A stretch of 64,000 nt of DNA from the NCBI GenBank assembly GCA_016789445.1, contig JAEUQT010000003.1, positions 82,600-146,599 of the forward strand, written 5' to 3'. The translations under genes and the position numbers were made by a program. Shown here one piece after another: positions 34,962-42,565 of the stretch. Each line of letters opens with the position of its first letter. Position 1 is the first letter of the stretch. Under the pieces are notes generated by a model, which saw only the letters and a list, made by a program, of their open reading frames with translations, had not been told where the DNA came from and did no database searches. Origin of the DNA: a bacterium. Its GTDB lineage: Bacteria; Patescibacteriota; Minisyncoccia; Phycocordibacterales; UBA2100.

Positions 34962-35418
34962 ATTGCTCTGAAATGCGTTTGAGTTCCGCGAGTGCCTTCT
35001 GCCACATCTCCGCGAACATCGCCGCGTATTCTTCCGCGATATCCATCGATACCTCGAACTCGGTACCCCCGTCTTTCTCGGTGAGCGTGTATGCCTCGAT
35101 TGCGGGAGTCCATTTTTTTACCTCTTCGCTCGTCGTATCTTCGACACCGTCTTTGATCATGCCGAAGTGTTCGAACGCGATGTGTTCCGGCTTGCGGCTT
35201 TCCTTCACATGCGAGAGCATGCCGCCTTCCTTGCCGGTCTCCGGATCAGGACCGGTGAATTTCACGACGGAACCGACCGCGTTCCAATCTCCCTCATATC
35301 GTGAGCCACCCTCGTTAAACGGCTTCGTCCATGCGGTATAGGTCGCCGGGGTACTCATTACCTCCCACACCTTTTCGCGCGGTGCGTTGATGTGAATGGA
35401 TTGTTGCAGTTTTTGCAT
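34960..35418 (-). CDS. SRPBCC-superfamily protein (AHSA1/START-like)
   Basis: 152 aa. The IHINAPREKVWEVMSTPATYTAWT pattern is typical of the Aha1/BPI-like SRPBCC domain. Confidence 0.75.
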   Translation of the reverse strand: MQKLQQSIHINAPREKVWEVMSTPATYTAWTKPFNEGGSRYEGDWNAVGSVVKFTGPDPETGKEGGMLSHVKESRKPEHIAFEHFGMIKDGVEDTTSEEVKKWTPAIEAYTLTEKDGGTEFEVSMDIAEEYAAMFAEMWQKALAELKRISEQ

Positions 35419-35514
35419 ACGCTAAAAAATGATGAGCGGTTATTTTTTAAGGATACGTACAATGTAGCAAAGCCGTATGAAGAACACCCTTCCGCACGGG
35501 CGGAAGGGTGTCGG

Positions 35515-35784
35515 TTACGCGTGTTCGACGAGCGTATCCACCAGGAGCTTCTGGAGCTCCTCGGGGGAAACTTCGCGTATCTCCATGTGCTGCGCCGGCC
35601 ATCTGAATCCTCTGATCCGCGGACGGATATGTTGGTTCCAGAAAATATCCTTAGCCGCAGATTCACTCTTGGCGCCGATAAGGCGTGCGAGTGAGATGGT
35701 ATGCAGTGCGGGCACCGTGAAGATATAGAACGAGCGGCGGCTGCGCATACGGCATACCGATCCGCTGCAGAGATAGATCGGCAT
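35515..35784 (-). CDS. hypothetical protein (start uncertain)
   Basis: ORF track. Followed by the strong hairpin CACCCTTCCGC-ACGG-GCGGAAGGGTG. No family recognised with confidence. Confidence 0.4.
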   Translation of the reverse strand: MPIYLCSGSVCRMRSRRSFYIFTVPALHTISLARLIGAKSESAAKDIFWNQHIRPRIRGFRWPAQHMEIREVSPEELQKLLVDTLVEHA

Positions 35785-35842
35785 GTAGCACCTCGCTTTC
35801 TGCCGCATTGATTAGACGGCCAAGCGGGACCGGTGTCAACGC

Positions 35843-36349
35843 TTACGATGTATACACGCCGCCGCTTCCCGATGCCGCTGCCTGATTGATATAGAGCTGC
35901 AAGTAGTACATCGCAAAGATGAGAAGCGGTAGTAATTCTTTTTCGCTGCCTTCGAATATCTCGATCGTGCCCGGCTTGAAGTAGCCGCCGAGGCGGACGT
36001 GCGCGATTTTCCTCTCTCCTTTTGAGAGCGTGAATCCGGAATACCATGTCTGTGGCTTCCATGCGTATTCAGCACCACCGTAGGAAAGCGTGGTGTTGCC
36101 CCACCAATCTTTCGGCTCGGCGCTGCCGACGCTCTGCCCTGAGGCGTCCGTCATGACGGCGCGGCGCAGATCCCACATGCTTTTCGGCGCGAAAAGGTAT
36201 TTCTTTCCGTACACCTCGCCTTCCGCCTTGTTGGACCATGCGCTTACCATCACGAGATTGCCCGCCTTCCCGTGCGACGCGTCACGAAGTTCGCGGCGTG
36301 GATTCCAGAACGATGGCTTCTCGATCGTGAACGCCGGTCGGGAGTTCAT
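35843..36349 (-). CDS. hypothetical protein, possibly tubby/LURP-one-like beta-barrel with C-terminal hydrophobic helix
   Basis: 168 aa. Beta-rich, Trp/Gly-rich sequence ending in LLPLLIFAMYYLQLYI. The fold assignment is only an impression. Confidence 0.5.
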   Translation of the reverse strand: MNSRPAFTIEKPSFWNPRRELRDASHGKAGNLVMVSAWSNKAEGEVYGKKYLFAPKSMWDLRRAVMTDASGQSVGSAEPKDWWGNTTLSYGGAEYAWKPQTWYSGFTLSKGERKIAHVRLGGYFKPGTIEIFEGSEKELLPLLIFAMYYLQLYINQAAASGSGGVYTS

Positions 36350-36383
36350 GCATTCATCCTAGCACCTCGCTTTGTTTTGACTA

Positions 36384-36875
36384 TCAGTCGTCGGCATCGA
36401 TGAATTGCACCGGATCTTCCCCGTTCTGTGCGGCTTCCTGTTTGAATTCCTTGCGCTTTTTCGGGTGGAAATGCGGGATACGCGGGATGGCGATGGAGGC
36501 GAGGCCTGCGATGATCGCGATCACGTGATAGCCGAAGCCGAGCGACATGCCAATGGCTCCCGCAAACCAGATGCTCGCGGCAGTGGTGAGGTTCTTCACG
36601 TTGGCACCGTCTTTGAGGATGAGACCTGCCCCGAGGAAGCCGATGCCCGAGACGATCTGCGCCGCGATGCGGGATTTCGATGCAGGATCCACCATCATCG
36701 AGAGGAAGGTGAAGAGCATCGCCCCGCAGATGACGAACGTGTGCGTGCTGATACCAGCATCTTTACCGCGTGATTCACGTTCAGCGCCAATGATGAATCC
36801 CATTGTGACCGCCACAGCGAGATTGAAGAGGAATTGGATCTCCGTCGGGCCGATAAGCGCTGAAAACATATCCAT
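36384..36875 (-). CDS. mgtC: MgtC/SapB-family membrane protein
   Basis: The GFIIGAERESRGKDAGISTHTFV motif and 4-5 TM helices. Confidence 0.85.
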   Translation of the reverse strand: MDMFSALIGPTEIQFLFNLAVAVTMGFIIGAERESRGKDAGISTHTFVICGAMLFTFLSMMVDPASKSRIAAQIVSGIGFLGAGLILKDGANVKNLTTAASIWFAGAIGMSLGFGYHVIAIIAGLASIAIPRIPHFHPKKRKEFKQEAAQNGEDPVQFIDADD

Positions 36876-36899
36876 CTTTTATAGCATATGACGCTCACG

Positions 36900-36931
36900 C
36901 AAAAGAAAAGCGGGCATGCTTCGCATGCCCG
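36900..36931 (-). terminator. intrinsic terminator
   Basis: GCGGGCATGC-TTC-GCATGCCCGC with a T-run on the minus strand. Confidence 0.75.
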
Positions 36932-36941
36932 CGTGAGTTTC

Positions 36942-37982
36942 CTACCTCCGACGCGTCTTTTTGCGCCTGAGTTCCTTCCGCATCGCGGCTACTGCCGAGA
37001 CGTTCCGCCCGATCTGCTCCGCGATGTCCTCATCGCTGAGGGATTTGTCCTCGAGGAGCTTCACGTGACCAGCCGGCCACTCAGTACCGTGGCTTCGTGC
37101 CGTCGGCACGTTGCCGCTGCTCTTGCGGATGTTGATACCGAGCGAGACACGTCCACCGGCAGAAATCCGATCGCGGATTCGCCGCGAGGCTTCTTCCAGT
37201 TCGAGATGCACCTGCATCAGCCGTCCACGTTCTTCAGGCGTCATCTCTGCACTCTCGATGAGAGCGAACGCCTGCTCGACGCTTTGGCGGATGCCTGCAA
37301 CACGCAGACGGTACTTCTGCACCGTCATCTCGCGCGGCTTCCCTGCCTGGCCGACATAGCGAGCCTGCCGTTCACGGATAAGCTGCGTTGTCTCACCGGC
37401 AGCAAGCCCTTGTCGCACGACTTCCTGTGCGACCGCGACCTGCTCTTCGCCGACGATGATGTTCGCGAGAACGACCGCCGTACTTGGCGCAAGAGAACCT
37501 TCCGCGACAAGATGCTGGACACTCGGAGCGAGATCGAGAAGCTTGAGCCGATTCCGAATATGCGAGACGTTTTTACTTAACCGCTTCGCGATATCCGACG
37601 GCTGCAACCCGTACTCCTGGAAGAGCCAGAGGTACGCATTCGCTTCTTCGAGAGGATCGAGTTCTTCACGCTGCACGTTTTCCGCAAGCGCGAGAACGAC
37701 GATATCGCACGGACTTGAGACGTCGACGATCACGCACGGGATCACGGTGAAGCCGCCGGCTCTCGCAGCCCGAAGGCGTCGAGAACCTGCAACGAGGGTG
37801 TAGTACCCGTCACCACGCTCCGACACGATCACGGCCTGCATGAGGCCGTCGCGCATCGATCCTGCCAGCTCGAGAAGCGCCTCTTCCGAGTACTTCTTGC
37901 GCGGCAGGTACGGATCTTCGATGATCCGATCGAGCGCGATGTCACGTAAGTTCCTGCCGACGAACGGCACGATTTCCGCCAT
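36942..37982 (-). CDS. ParB/Spo0J-like N-terminal domain protein with atypical C-terminal region
   Basis: AGGAGG Shine-Dalgarno sequence. ParB box (LVAGSRRLRAARAGG) and an HTH (SDIAKRLSKNVSHIRNRLKLLDL). The C-terminal ~150 aa is unlike canonical ParB and ends in a SANT/Myb-like helix segment and a basic tail. Confidence 0.8.
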   Translation of the reverse strand: MAEIVPFVGRNLRDIALDRIIEDPYLPRKKYSEEALLELAGSMRDGLMQAVIVSERGDGYYTLVAGSRRLRAARAGGFTVIPCVIVDVSSPCDIVVLALAENVQREELDPLEEANAYLWLFQEYGLQPSDIAKRLSKNVSHIRNRLKLLDLAPSVQHLVAEGSLAPSTAVVLANIIVGEEQVAVAQEVVRQGLAAGETTQLIRERQARYVGQAGKPREMTVQKYRLRVAGIRQSVEQAFALIESAEMTPEERGRLMQVHLELEEASRRIRDRISAGGRVSLGINIRKSSGNVPTARSHGTEWPAGHVKLLEDKSLSDEDIAEQIGRNVSAVAAMRKELRRKKTRRR

Positions 37983-38055
37983 TAGTTCCTCCTTTCTGTG
38001 CTGAAGGTGACCAAAGACCTTCTGTTTGCATACAACCATTACACTATAGGCGTGT

Positions 38056-38089
38056 CAAACAAAAGACCGCACCTCGAAAGGTGCGGTCT
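38056..38089 (-). terminator. intrinsic terminator
   Basis: AGACCGCACC-TCGAAA-GGTGCGGTCT with TTTTGTTTG on the minus strand. Confidence 0.75.
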
Positions 38090-38945
38090 AATTCTCCTGA
38101 TCCGAGCTCCTCAGGAAGGGTCGAAGGTGCTTGATGCGACGCTTGGTCTGCCAGACTTTGATGACGGTATCGTAGGGTATGCCCGCTTTCTCGACGGCAT
38201 TCTCCCAGGTCCCGAAATAACGATACCCGGCCTCCAGCAAGGGACTATCCTCTATCTCCATGTCTCCATGACTCAGAGAATAGCCCGCACGCGCACGCGC
38301 ACGAATGGAAACGATAACGAGCTTCTTAGACCAATACCGCACGATCCATCCTTTCTTGACGCGATCATACGTAAATCCAGTAGCTTCGATCACCGCCTTC
38401 CAACTGCCTTTGAAATGCCGCATCCCCGCCAGATAGAGCGCCTCGTCATCTTTGCGTACCGCGCCGATGTTGAGATCACGACCTGACGCTGCGCGCTCAC
38501 GCATACGCTCGACGACAAGGGCTTTCGACCAGTACGGCTTCGGTTTTGGAAGTCTTTTTCGTACCTCCGCATACGAAAAGCCGCTCGCCTCGATTGCCTT
38601 TTCCAAACTGCCTTCGAACTGACGAAGCGCCATCGATAACAGCGCAGGCTCCTCTCGACGCAGGTCTTTCGAACTGATCGACTTGCCGCTTGCGTGTCGA
38701 TCTTGGATGCGTCGGATGACTTCAGCTCGACGATCGATTGGCCTTTTGACTTTTCTTCGTCGAGGAAGATCAGTGGCACGCGTAATACGCACAGCTTTCT
38801 TCCATCCTTCCGGAAAGAATCGCTGTACGGTCTTCAGCAGTGCAGGATCGCTATTGAGCACATCCAGATACCGCATGGAGAGCCCTGTCTCGATTCGTCG
38901 CCGAATGCGATTCATCGCGACCCGACGCGTGATTCGTCGTGTCAT
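38088..38945 (-). CDS. protein made of four homing-endonuclease-associated-type repeats, no nuclease domain seen
   Basis: 285 aa. Four ~60-aa repeats of the form WSK..V...I..R...G..L.......D..L......F.GSW..A.E..G..Y, for example FKGSWKAVIEATGFTY and FGTWENAVEKAGIPY. Confidence 0.6.
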   Translation of the reverse strand: MTRRITRRVAMNRIRRRIETGLSMRYLDVLNSDPALLKTVQRFFPEGWKKAVRITRATDLPRRRKVKRPIDRRAEVIRRIQDRHASGKSISSKDLRREEPALLSMALRQFEGSLEKAIEASGFSYAEVRKRLPKPKPYWSKALVVERMRERAASGRDLNIGAVRKDDEALYLAGMRHFKGSWKAVIEATGFTYDRVKKGWIVRYWSKKLVIVSIRARARAGYSLSHGDMEIEDSPLLEAGYRYFGTWENAVEKAGIPYDTVIKVWQTKRRIKHLRPFLRSSDQEN

Positions 38946-39017
38946 TTCCTACCTCCTTTCTTTTGGCTTTCGCCTCTGATCGGACAATACAACGATTCGA
39001 GATGGACGTCAAAACAT

Positions 39018-39047
39018 GAAAAAAGCGGGCATCCGGAGGATGCCCGC
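39018..39047 (-). terminator. intrinsic terminator
   Basis: GCGGGCATCC-GGA-GGATGCCCGC with TTTTTT on the minus strand. Confidence 0.75.
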
Positions 39048-39053
39048 AGGTAT

Positions 39054-39428
39054 TCATTCTTCTTCAACGCCGCAGATCGCGATGTACTCCTTGAGGATGG
39101 CGCGCATCTCGGTGGCCGGATAGCCGCCGACCTTGGTCGATCCATCGTCGCTTTTGCAGACGCGCGCTGCCCTGTCGTTCTTCGCGATGATGCCTTCGAC
39201 CAGCGTCAGTCGTTTGCGGGCGATCGGCAGCATCTTCGTGCATTCGACGAAGTAGTTGAAGTCGAAGCTCGTCGCATCCGCGCCGAGCACCGTCTTCACT
39301 TCCGCGGCAAACCAGTGCCGCTCTTGGTCCTGCGCATCATGTACGCGCGCGATCGCATCCGTACAATCGTCGGCCCATGCGGTCGTGATCATGAGCGAGA
39401 CCGCCGCCGCTACTGCCATGCGAATCAT
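39054..39428 (-). CDS. hypothetical secreted protein (124 aa, 4 Cys)
   Basis: Signal peptide (MIRMAVAAAVSLMITTAWA); ORF track. Confidence 0.55.
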   Translation of the reverse strand: MIRMAVAAAVSLMITTAWADDCTDAIARVHDAQDQERHWFAAEVKTVLGADATSFDFNYFVECTKMLPIARKRLTLVEGIIAKNDRAARVCKSDDGSTKVGGYPATEMRAILKEYIAICGVEEE

Positions 39429-39489
39429 GTCCGTACCTCCGTGTGGTTGAACCGAGGTGATTCAACCACGCCTGCATAGGCGGAGCAAG

Positions 39490-39888
39490 CTATCCGCGCT
39501 TGGCGATGAGTTCGTCGACCGCCGCGACGATCTCCGAGGGGATGTACTGCGCTTTCTGCAGATACGCATCCATACCCAACTCGGCGAGACGTTCTTTCGC
39601 ACCTTCGCGGCCTTCGTTGGTGAGCGCGACTTTGATCGCTCGCTTGGCCAGGCCCTCTTTGGTGACGGCTTCGACGAATTCGTAGCCACTGCGACTATCC
39701 GGCATGGTGACGTCGAAAAGAATCACATCTGGTTCGTACTGGCCGCTGCGCAGCAAGTCGAGCGCGTTGTCAGCTTTGTAGTAGGTGGCCACTTCATACC
39801 CGCGCTTCTCGAATGCGAGTTTGTACATCTCGAGGAGGAACGCTTCATCGTCGAGCATCAGGACTTTGGGCTTCATTTCTCCATTCAT
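39490..39888 (-). CDS. stand-alone response-regulator receiver domain protein
   Basis: CheY-like pattern: VLMLDDE, ILFDVTMPD, ALTNEG...K. No output domain and no adjacent kinase. Confidence 0.85.
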   Translation of the reverse strand: MNGEMKPKVLMLDDEAFLLEMYKLAFEKRGYEVATYYKADNALDLLRSGQYEPDVILFDVTMPDSRSGYEFVEAVTKEGLAKRAIKVALTNEGREGAKERLAELGMDAYLQKAQYIPSEIVAAVDELIAKRG

Positions 39889-39935
39889 GTACCAAATTAT
39901 ATATTGTCAGATGCTTTTTTCGATACAGTCCGGAA

Positions 39936-39964
39936 TTGACATATGCTATAAATCGAAGTATAAA
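39936..39964 (+). promoter_or_regulatory. candidate sigma-70 promoter for the small-membrane-protein operon
   Basis: TTGACA-17 nt-TATAAA, about 27 nt upstream of the ATG at 39991. Confidence 0.5.
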
Positions 39965-39990
39965 ATATACAGGTTGCACGGAGTGAACAA

Positions 39991-40233
39991 ATGACACAGC
40001 AATCGGTGGATCCCGAACGGAAAGCGACTCCTATCGCATCGGGATCAATGGCCATCGCTTTAGCTTCAATTCGCAATGCAGAAGCATATTTGCGCTGGCA
40101 AGGAGCACAGTGGGTTATTGCACTCAATCTCTCGGCATTCGTCGCTCTTCTCTATCGCCTTTTAGCTAAGCCCGATATTGCAGAGATAATCGTACTTGCT
40201 ATAGGCTGTATAGGCGTCGCATCACTCGATTAG
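39991..40233 (+). CDS. membrane protein, N-terminal part of a frame interrupted by TAG
   Basis: 80 aa with 2 TM helices. The stop TAG at 40231-40233 is in the same frame as the following ORF. Confidence 0.45.
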   Translation: MTQQSVDPERKATPIASGSMAIALASIRNAEAYLRWQGAQWVIALNLSAFVALLYRLLAKPDIAEIIVLAIGCIGVASLD

Positions 40234-40245
40234 GAGTGGTATAGC

Positions 40246-40491
40246 GTGGTGCGAAGAAACGGCCGTCTCTTCGATTTCTGGAATCGGAAATTTGAAGAGC
40301 ACGAACGACTGAACGGAATCGATGGAGGAATTACGGTGTTTACAGCACCGGAATACCATAATCTTTCAGGTTCGCGTGAACGTCTGCAAAGACGACTTGA
40401 ACGGATCTCGGTAATATTCGTTGTTGGGTGGTCTGCTGGTGCTATAGTGTTTATAACTCTTGCATTCGTCGCCTTGAAAGGAGGTTCATGA
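40246..40491 (+). CDS. membrane protein, C-terminal part of the same frame (GTG start if independent)
   Basis: 81 aa. A charged segment, then one TM helix. In frame with 39991-40233 (offset 255 nt), with only the TAG between them. Confidence 0.45.
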   Translation: MVRRNGRLFDFWNRKFEEHERLNGIDGGITVFTAPEYHNLSGSRERLQRRLERISVIFVVGWSAGAIVFITLAFVALKGGS

Positions 40492-40607
40492 TGAAATCGC
40501 ATGAGATCTTTGCGGTTACGGTCGGAACAATTGGCGTTCTTCTGATGTTTGTGACCCCTGCGCTAATCAGCGCATGGAATCAGTGGAAGGAACGCAAGGA
40601 TCGTTAA
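40488..40607 (+). CDS. small membrane protein (39 aa)
   Basis: AAAGGAGG Shine-Dalgarno sequence. The ATG overlaps the previous TGA. Hand translation: MMKSHEIFAVTVGTIGVLLMFVTPALISAWNQWKERKDR. Confidence 0.45.
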   Translation: MMKSHEIFAVTVGTIGVLLMFVTPALISAWNQWKERKDR

Positions 40608-40619
40608 CCCACTTCTTCA

Positions 40620-40650
40620 GCCAGCTTCAATCGAAGCTGGCTTTTTTCTT
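40620..40650 (+). terminator. intrinsic terminator
   Basis: AGCCAGCTTC-AATC-GAAGCTGGCT followed by a T-run (coordinates +/-1). Confidence 0.75.
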
Positions 40651-41344
40651 ATCCAAGAAGTCCCCAGCCAGTTGATTCGCCTCGATCTTTCGCGCAGAGG
40701 AGCTTGAGGGTCCTCCCTTCCTTTACAAATCGGAGGCCGCTTTGGATTTTGCACTTCGCGCAGCGGCCTTTGGCCTTCTCCCATGCCGCCGCTTTGGCGG
40801 CGGCCCCGAGGTAGCGTTCTTCTTCAAGCGCCGCGTCTTTGTCGCGGCGCGCTCGGTCGGCGGGCAGTAGAGAGAATTTGAAAATCTTGCGGCCGTTTTC
40901 GGTCACACCCGCCGCATCCACGAGATCAAAGATGCCTTTGTCGAACCACACGCCTGGATCGAGCTTCTCATACACCTGTATCTGGAGCGGCTCTTTGCGT
41001 ACGCCGTCCTTGAAGGCGTTCGCCGCTTTATAGAATTTCCCGTTCTCGGTCAGCTTGTCGCCGCCATACATGAGGAGCTGGTCGTTCGATTTCCCTTGCG
41101 TTTCTTTCGTCGTCGAATCGTGTCCCTCGAAGGAATAGATCTGCTTTTTCGGATTCCATTCGTCGCGGAACTCGCCATCGTCTTTCTGCAGGACGAGGAA
41201 GACGCTCAGGAGTTCTCCCTGATGGCGGAAGTTCATGCTCTTCTGCAGCATGATGCCCTCGCGCTCCATCAGCTCGTTGGCCGAGAGGATAGACGTCGCG
41301 CGTTGTGGCATGTGCACATCGCCTAAGAAATTGGACATCGGCAC
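40649..41344 (-). CDS. hypothetical protein: SRA/YDG-like (PUA-like) domain plus degenerate HNH-like C-terminus
   Basis: 231 aa with a GTG start. YSFEGHD...NDQLL..GG...PLQIQVYEKL..GVWFDKGIFDLVD...GRKIFKFSLLP resembles SRA-type modified-base readers. The C-terminus AAWEKAKGRCAKCK...TLKLLCAKD resembles the start and end of an HNH finger but lacks the His residues. Confidence 0.55.
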   Translation of the reverse strand: MPMSNFLGDVHMPQRATSILSANELMEREGIMLQKSMNFRHQGELLSVFLVLQKDDGEFRDEWNPKKQIYSFEGHDSTTKETQGKSNDQLLMYGGDKLTENGKFYKAANAFKDGVRKEPLQIQVYEKLDPGVWFDKGIFDLVDAAGVTENGRKIFKFSLLPADRARRDKDAALEEERYLGAAAKAAAWEKAKGRCAKCKIQSGLRFVKEGRTLKLLCAKDRGESTGWGLLG

Positions 41345-41419
41345 AGCGTATCACTCATGTAAGCATGTTGCTAAAACAATCTTTCATTGTATAATGATTA
41401 CAGATGAAAGGAGGTTCCT

Positions 41420-42058
41420 ATGCGTCATCTTACGAAACACGCGCGTGAGCGCATCCTGCTTCGTACGGAATTGAAGCCTGAGAATGTATTGCAGCTAATC
41501 AATGACAGTGCCGCAATCAGTTTGGGCAAAGGTGAAATCTTCGAATACCTGCTCTTTTTCTCCCCTTTCGACCTCTGCTGCAAGATCGCGGTTGTGAGTC
41601 ATGATTGGGGAAATATCGTGTCTGTTTGGGACGAAGATTTCGATCTACCTGAAGGGATACTTGTGCCGACCGAACGCGACCGTTACAAGGCCAAGAAACT
41701 CTATCAAGCATTCACGTTCCGCCGTATCGGTGAAAGACAGCAAACGGCGGAAGGTCTGCCTTATTATTCGGCAACGATCGATGTCGTAGTCGAGGCCAAG
41801 ACTGTCTATTCGCACGCTGCCGGTGAAATCACGCGTTCTCAAGGCACATTCAAGAAAGAATGCATCAAAGCAATCTGGAAAGAATTGTCGACGCTTGCTA
41901 GCATCACTGAAGAGAATCGCGACAAGCTCCACGGATTCGTGCAATACCAGATCTCACTTAAGGCATTGAACGGCATTCAGGACTTCAAGCGCTACGCTAT
42001 CTCTCATAAAAAGGTCCTCCGAAAAGGAAGACCGATCACTCGACAGGCTGCCGAATAG
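41420..42058 (+). CDS. hypothetical protein with DUF4258-like N-terminus
   Basis: Promoter TTGCTA-16-TATAAT and an AAAGGAGG Shine-Dalgarno sequence. The N-terminus MRHLTKHARERILLRTELKPENV...KIAVVSHDWGNIVSVWD resembles the DUF4258 (HAxxR..R) toxin-like fold. The remaining ~130 aa is unassigned. Confidence 0.6.
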   Translation: MRHLTKHARERILLRTELKPENVLQLINDSAAISLGKGEIFEYLLFFSPFDLCCKIAVVSHDWGNIVSVWDEDFDLPEGILVPTERDRYKAKKLYQAFTFRRIGERQQTAEGLPYYSATIDVVVEAKTVYSHAAGEITRSQGTFKKECIKAIWKELSTLASITEENRDKLHGFVQYQISLKALNGIQDFKRYAISHKKVLRKGRPITRQAAE

Positions 42059-42072
42059 GCAGCCTGTTTTCT

Positions 42073-42552
42073 TTAAAACTCTGCGTCGGCTTCGGCCAAA
42101 AGTGCATCCAGATCCAAGGGGAGCGAGGTCATCTCCACCATACCGTCGTTGGATACCTTCCACTCACCTTTCGGGCGGTCGGCATATATCTCCACGCCGT
42201 TATTGTCCGGATCACGCAGATAGATGGCTTCGGAGACGCCGTGGTCGGCTGCGCCTTCGATCGGATAGCCCGCATTGGCGATGCGCTTCAGCGTGTTCGC
42301 GAGGGATTTCCGGTCGGGATACAGGAACGCGACGTGATACATGCCCGCGTATCCCGGCGGCGCCGGCTTCACGCCTTCTCCGTTCCACGTGTTCAGTCCG
42401 ATGTGATGGTGGTAGCCGCCGGCGGAGAGGAAGACGGCGCTCGTGCCATACTTCGCCGTAACCGCGAACCCCAAGAGGTCGCGATAGAACGCTACCGAGC
42501 GTTCGAGGTCGGCGACCGTGAGATGGATGTGTCCGACGATGGGGTGGGTGCT
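42073..42552 (-). CDS. VOC-family (glyoxalase/dioxygenase-like) protein
   Basis: GHIHLTVADLERSVAFYRDLLGF and HHHIGLNTW patterns. The start is set at MSTHPIV to avoid overlapping the upstream toxin gene. Confidence 0.8.
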   Translation of the reverse strand, partial: STHPIVGHIHLTVADLERSVAFYRDLLGFAVTAKYGTSAVFLSAGGYHHHIGLNTWNGEGVKPAPPGYAGMYHVAFLYPDRKSLANTLKRIANAGYPIEGAADHGVSEAIYLRDPDNNGVEIYADRPKGEWKVSNDGMVEMTSLPLDLDALLAEADAEF

Positions 42553-42565
42553 CATATTCTTAAGA

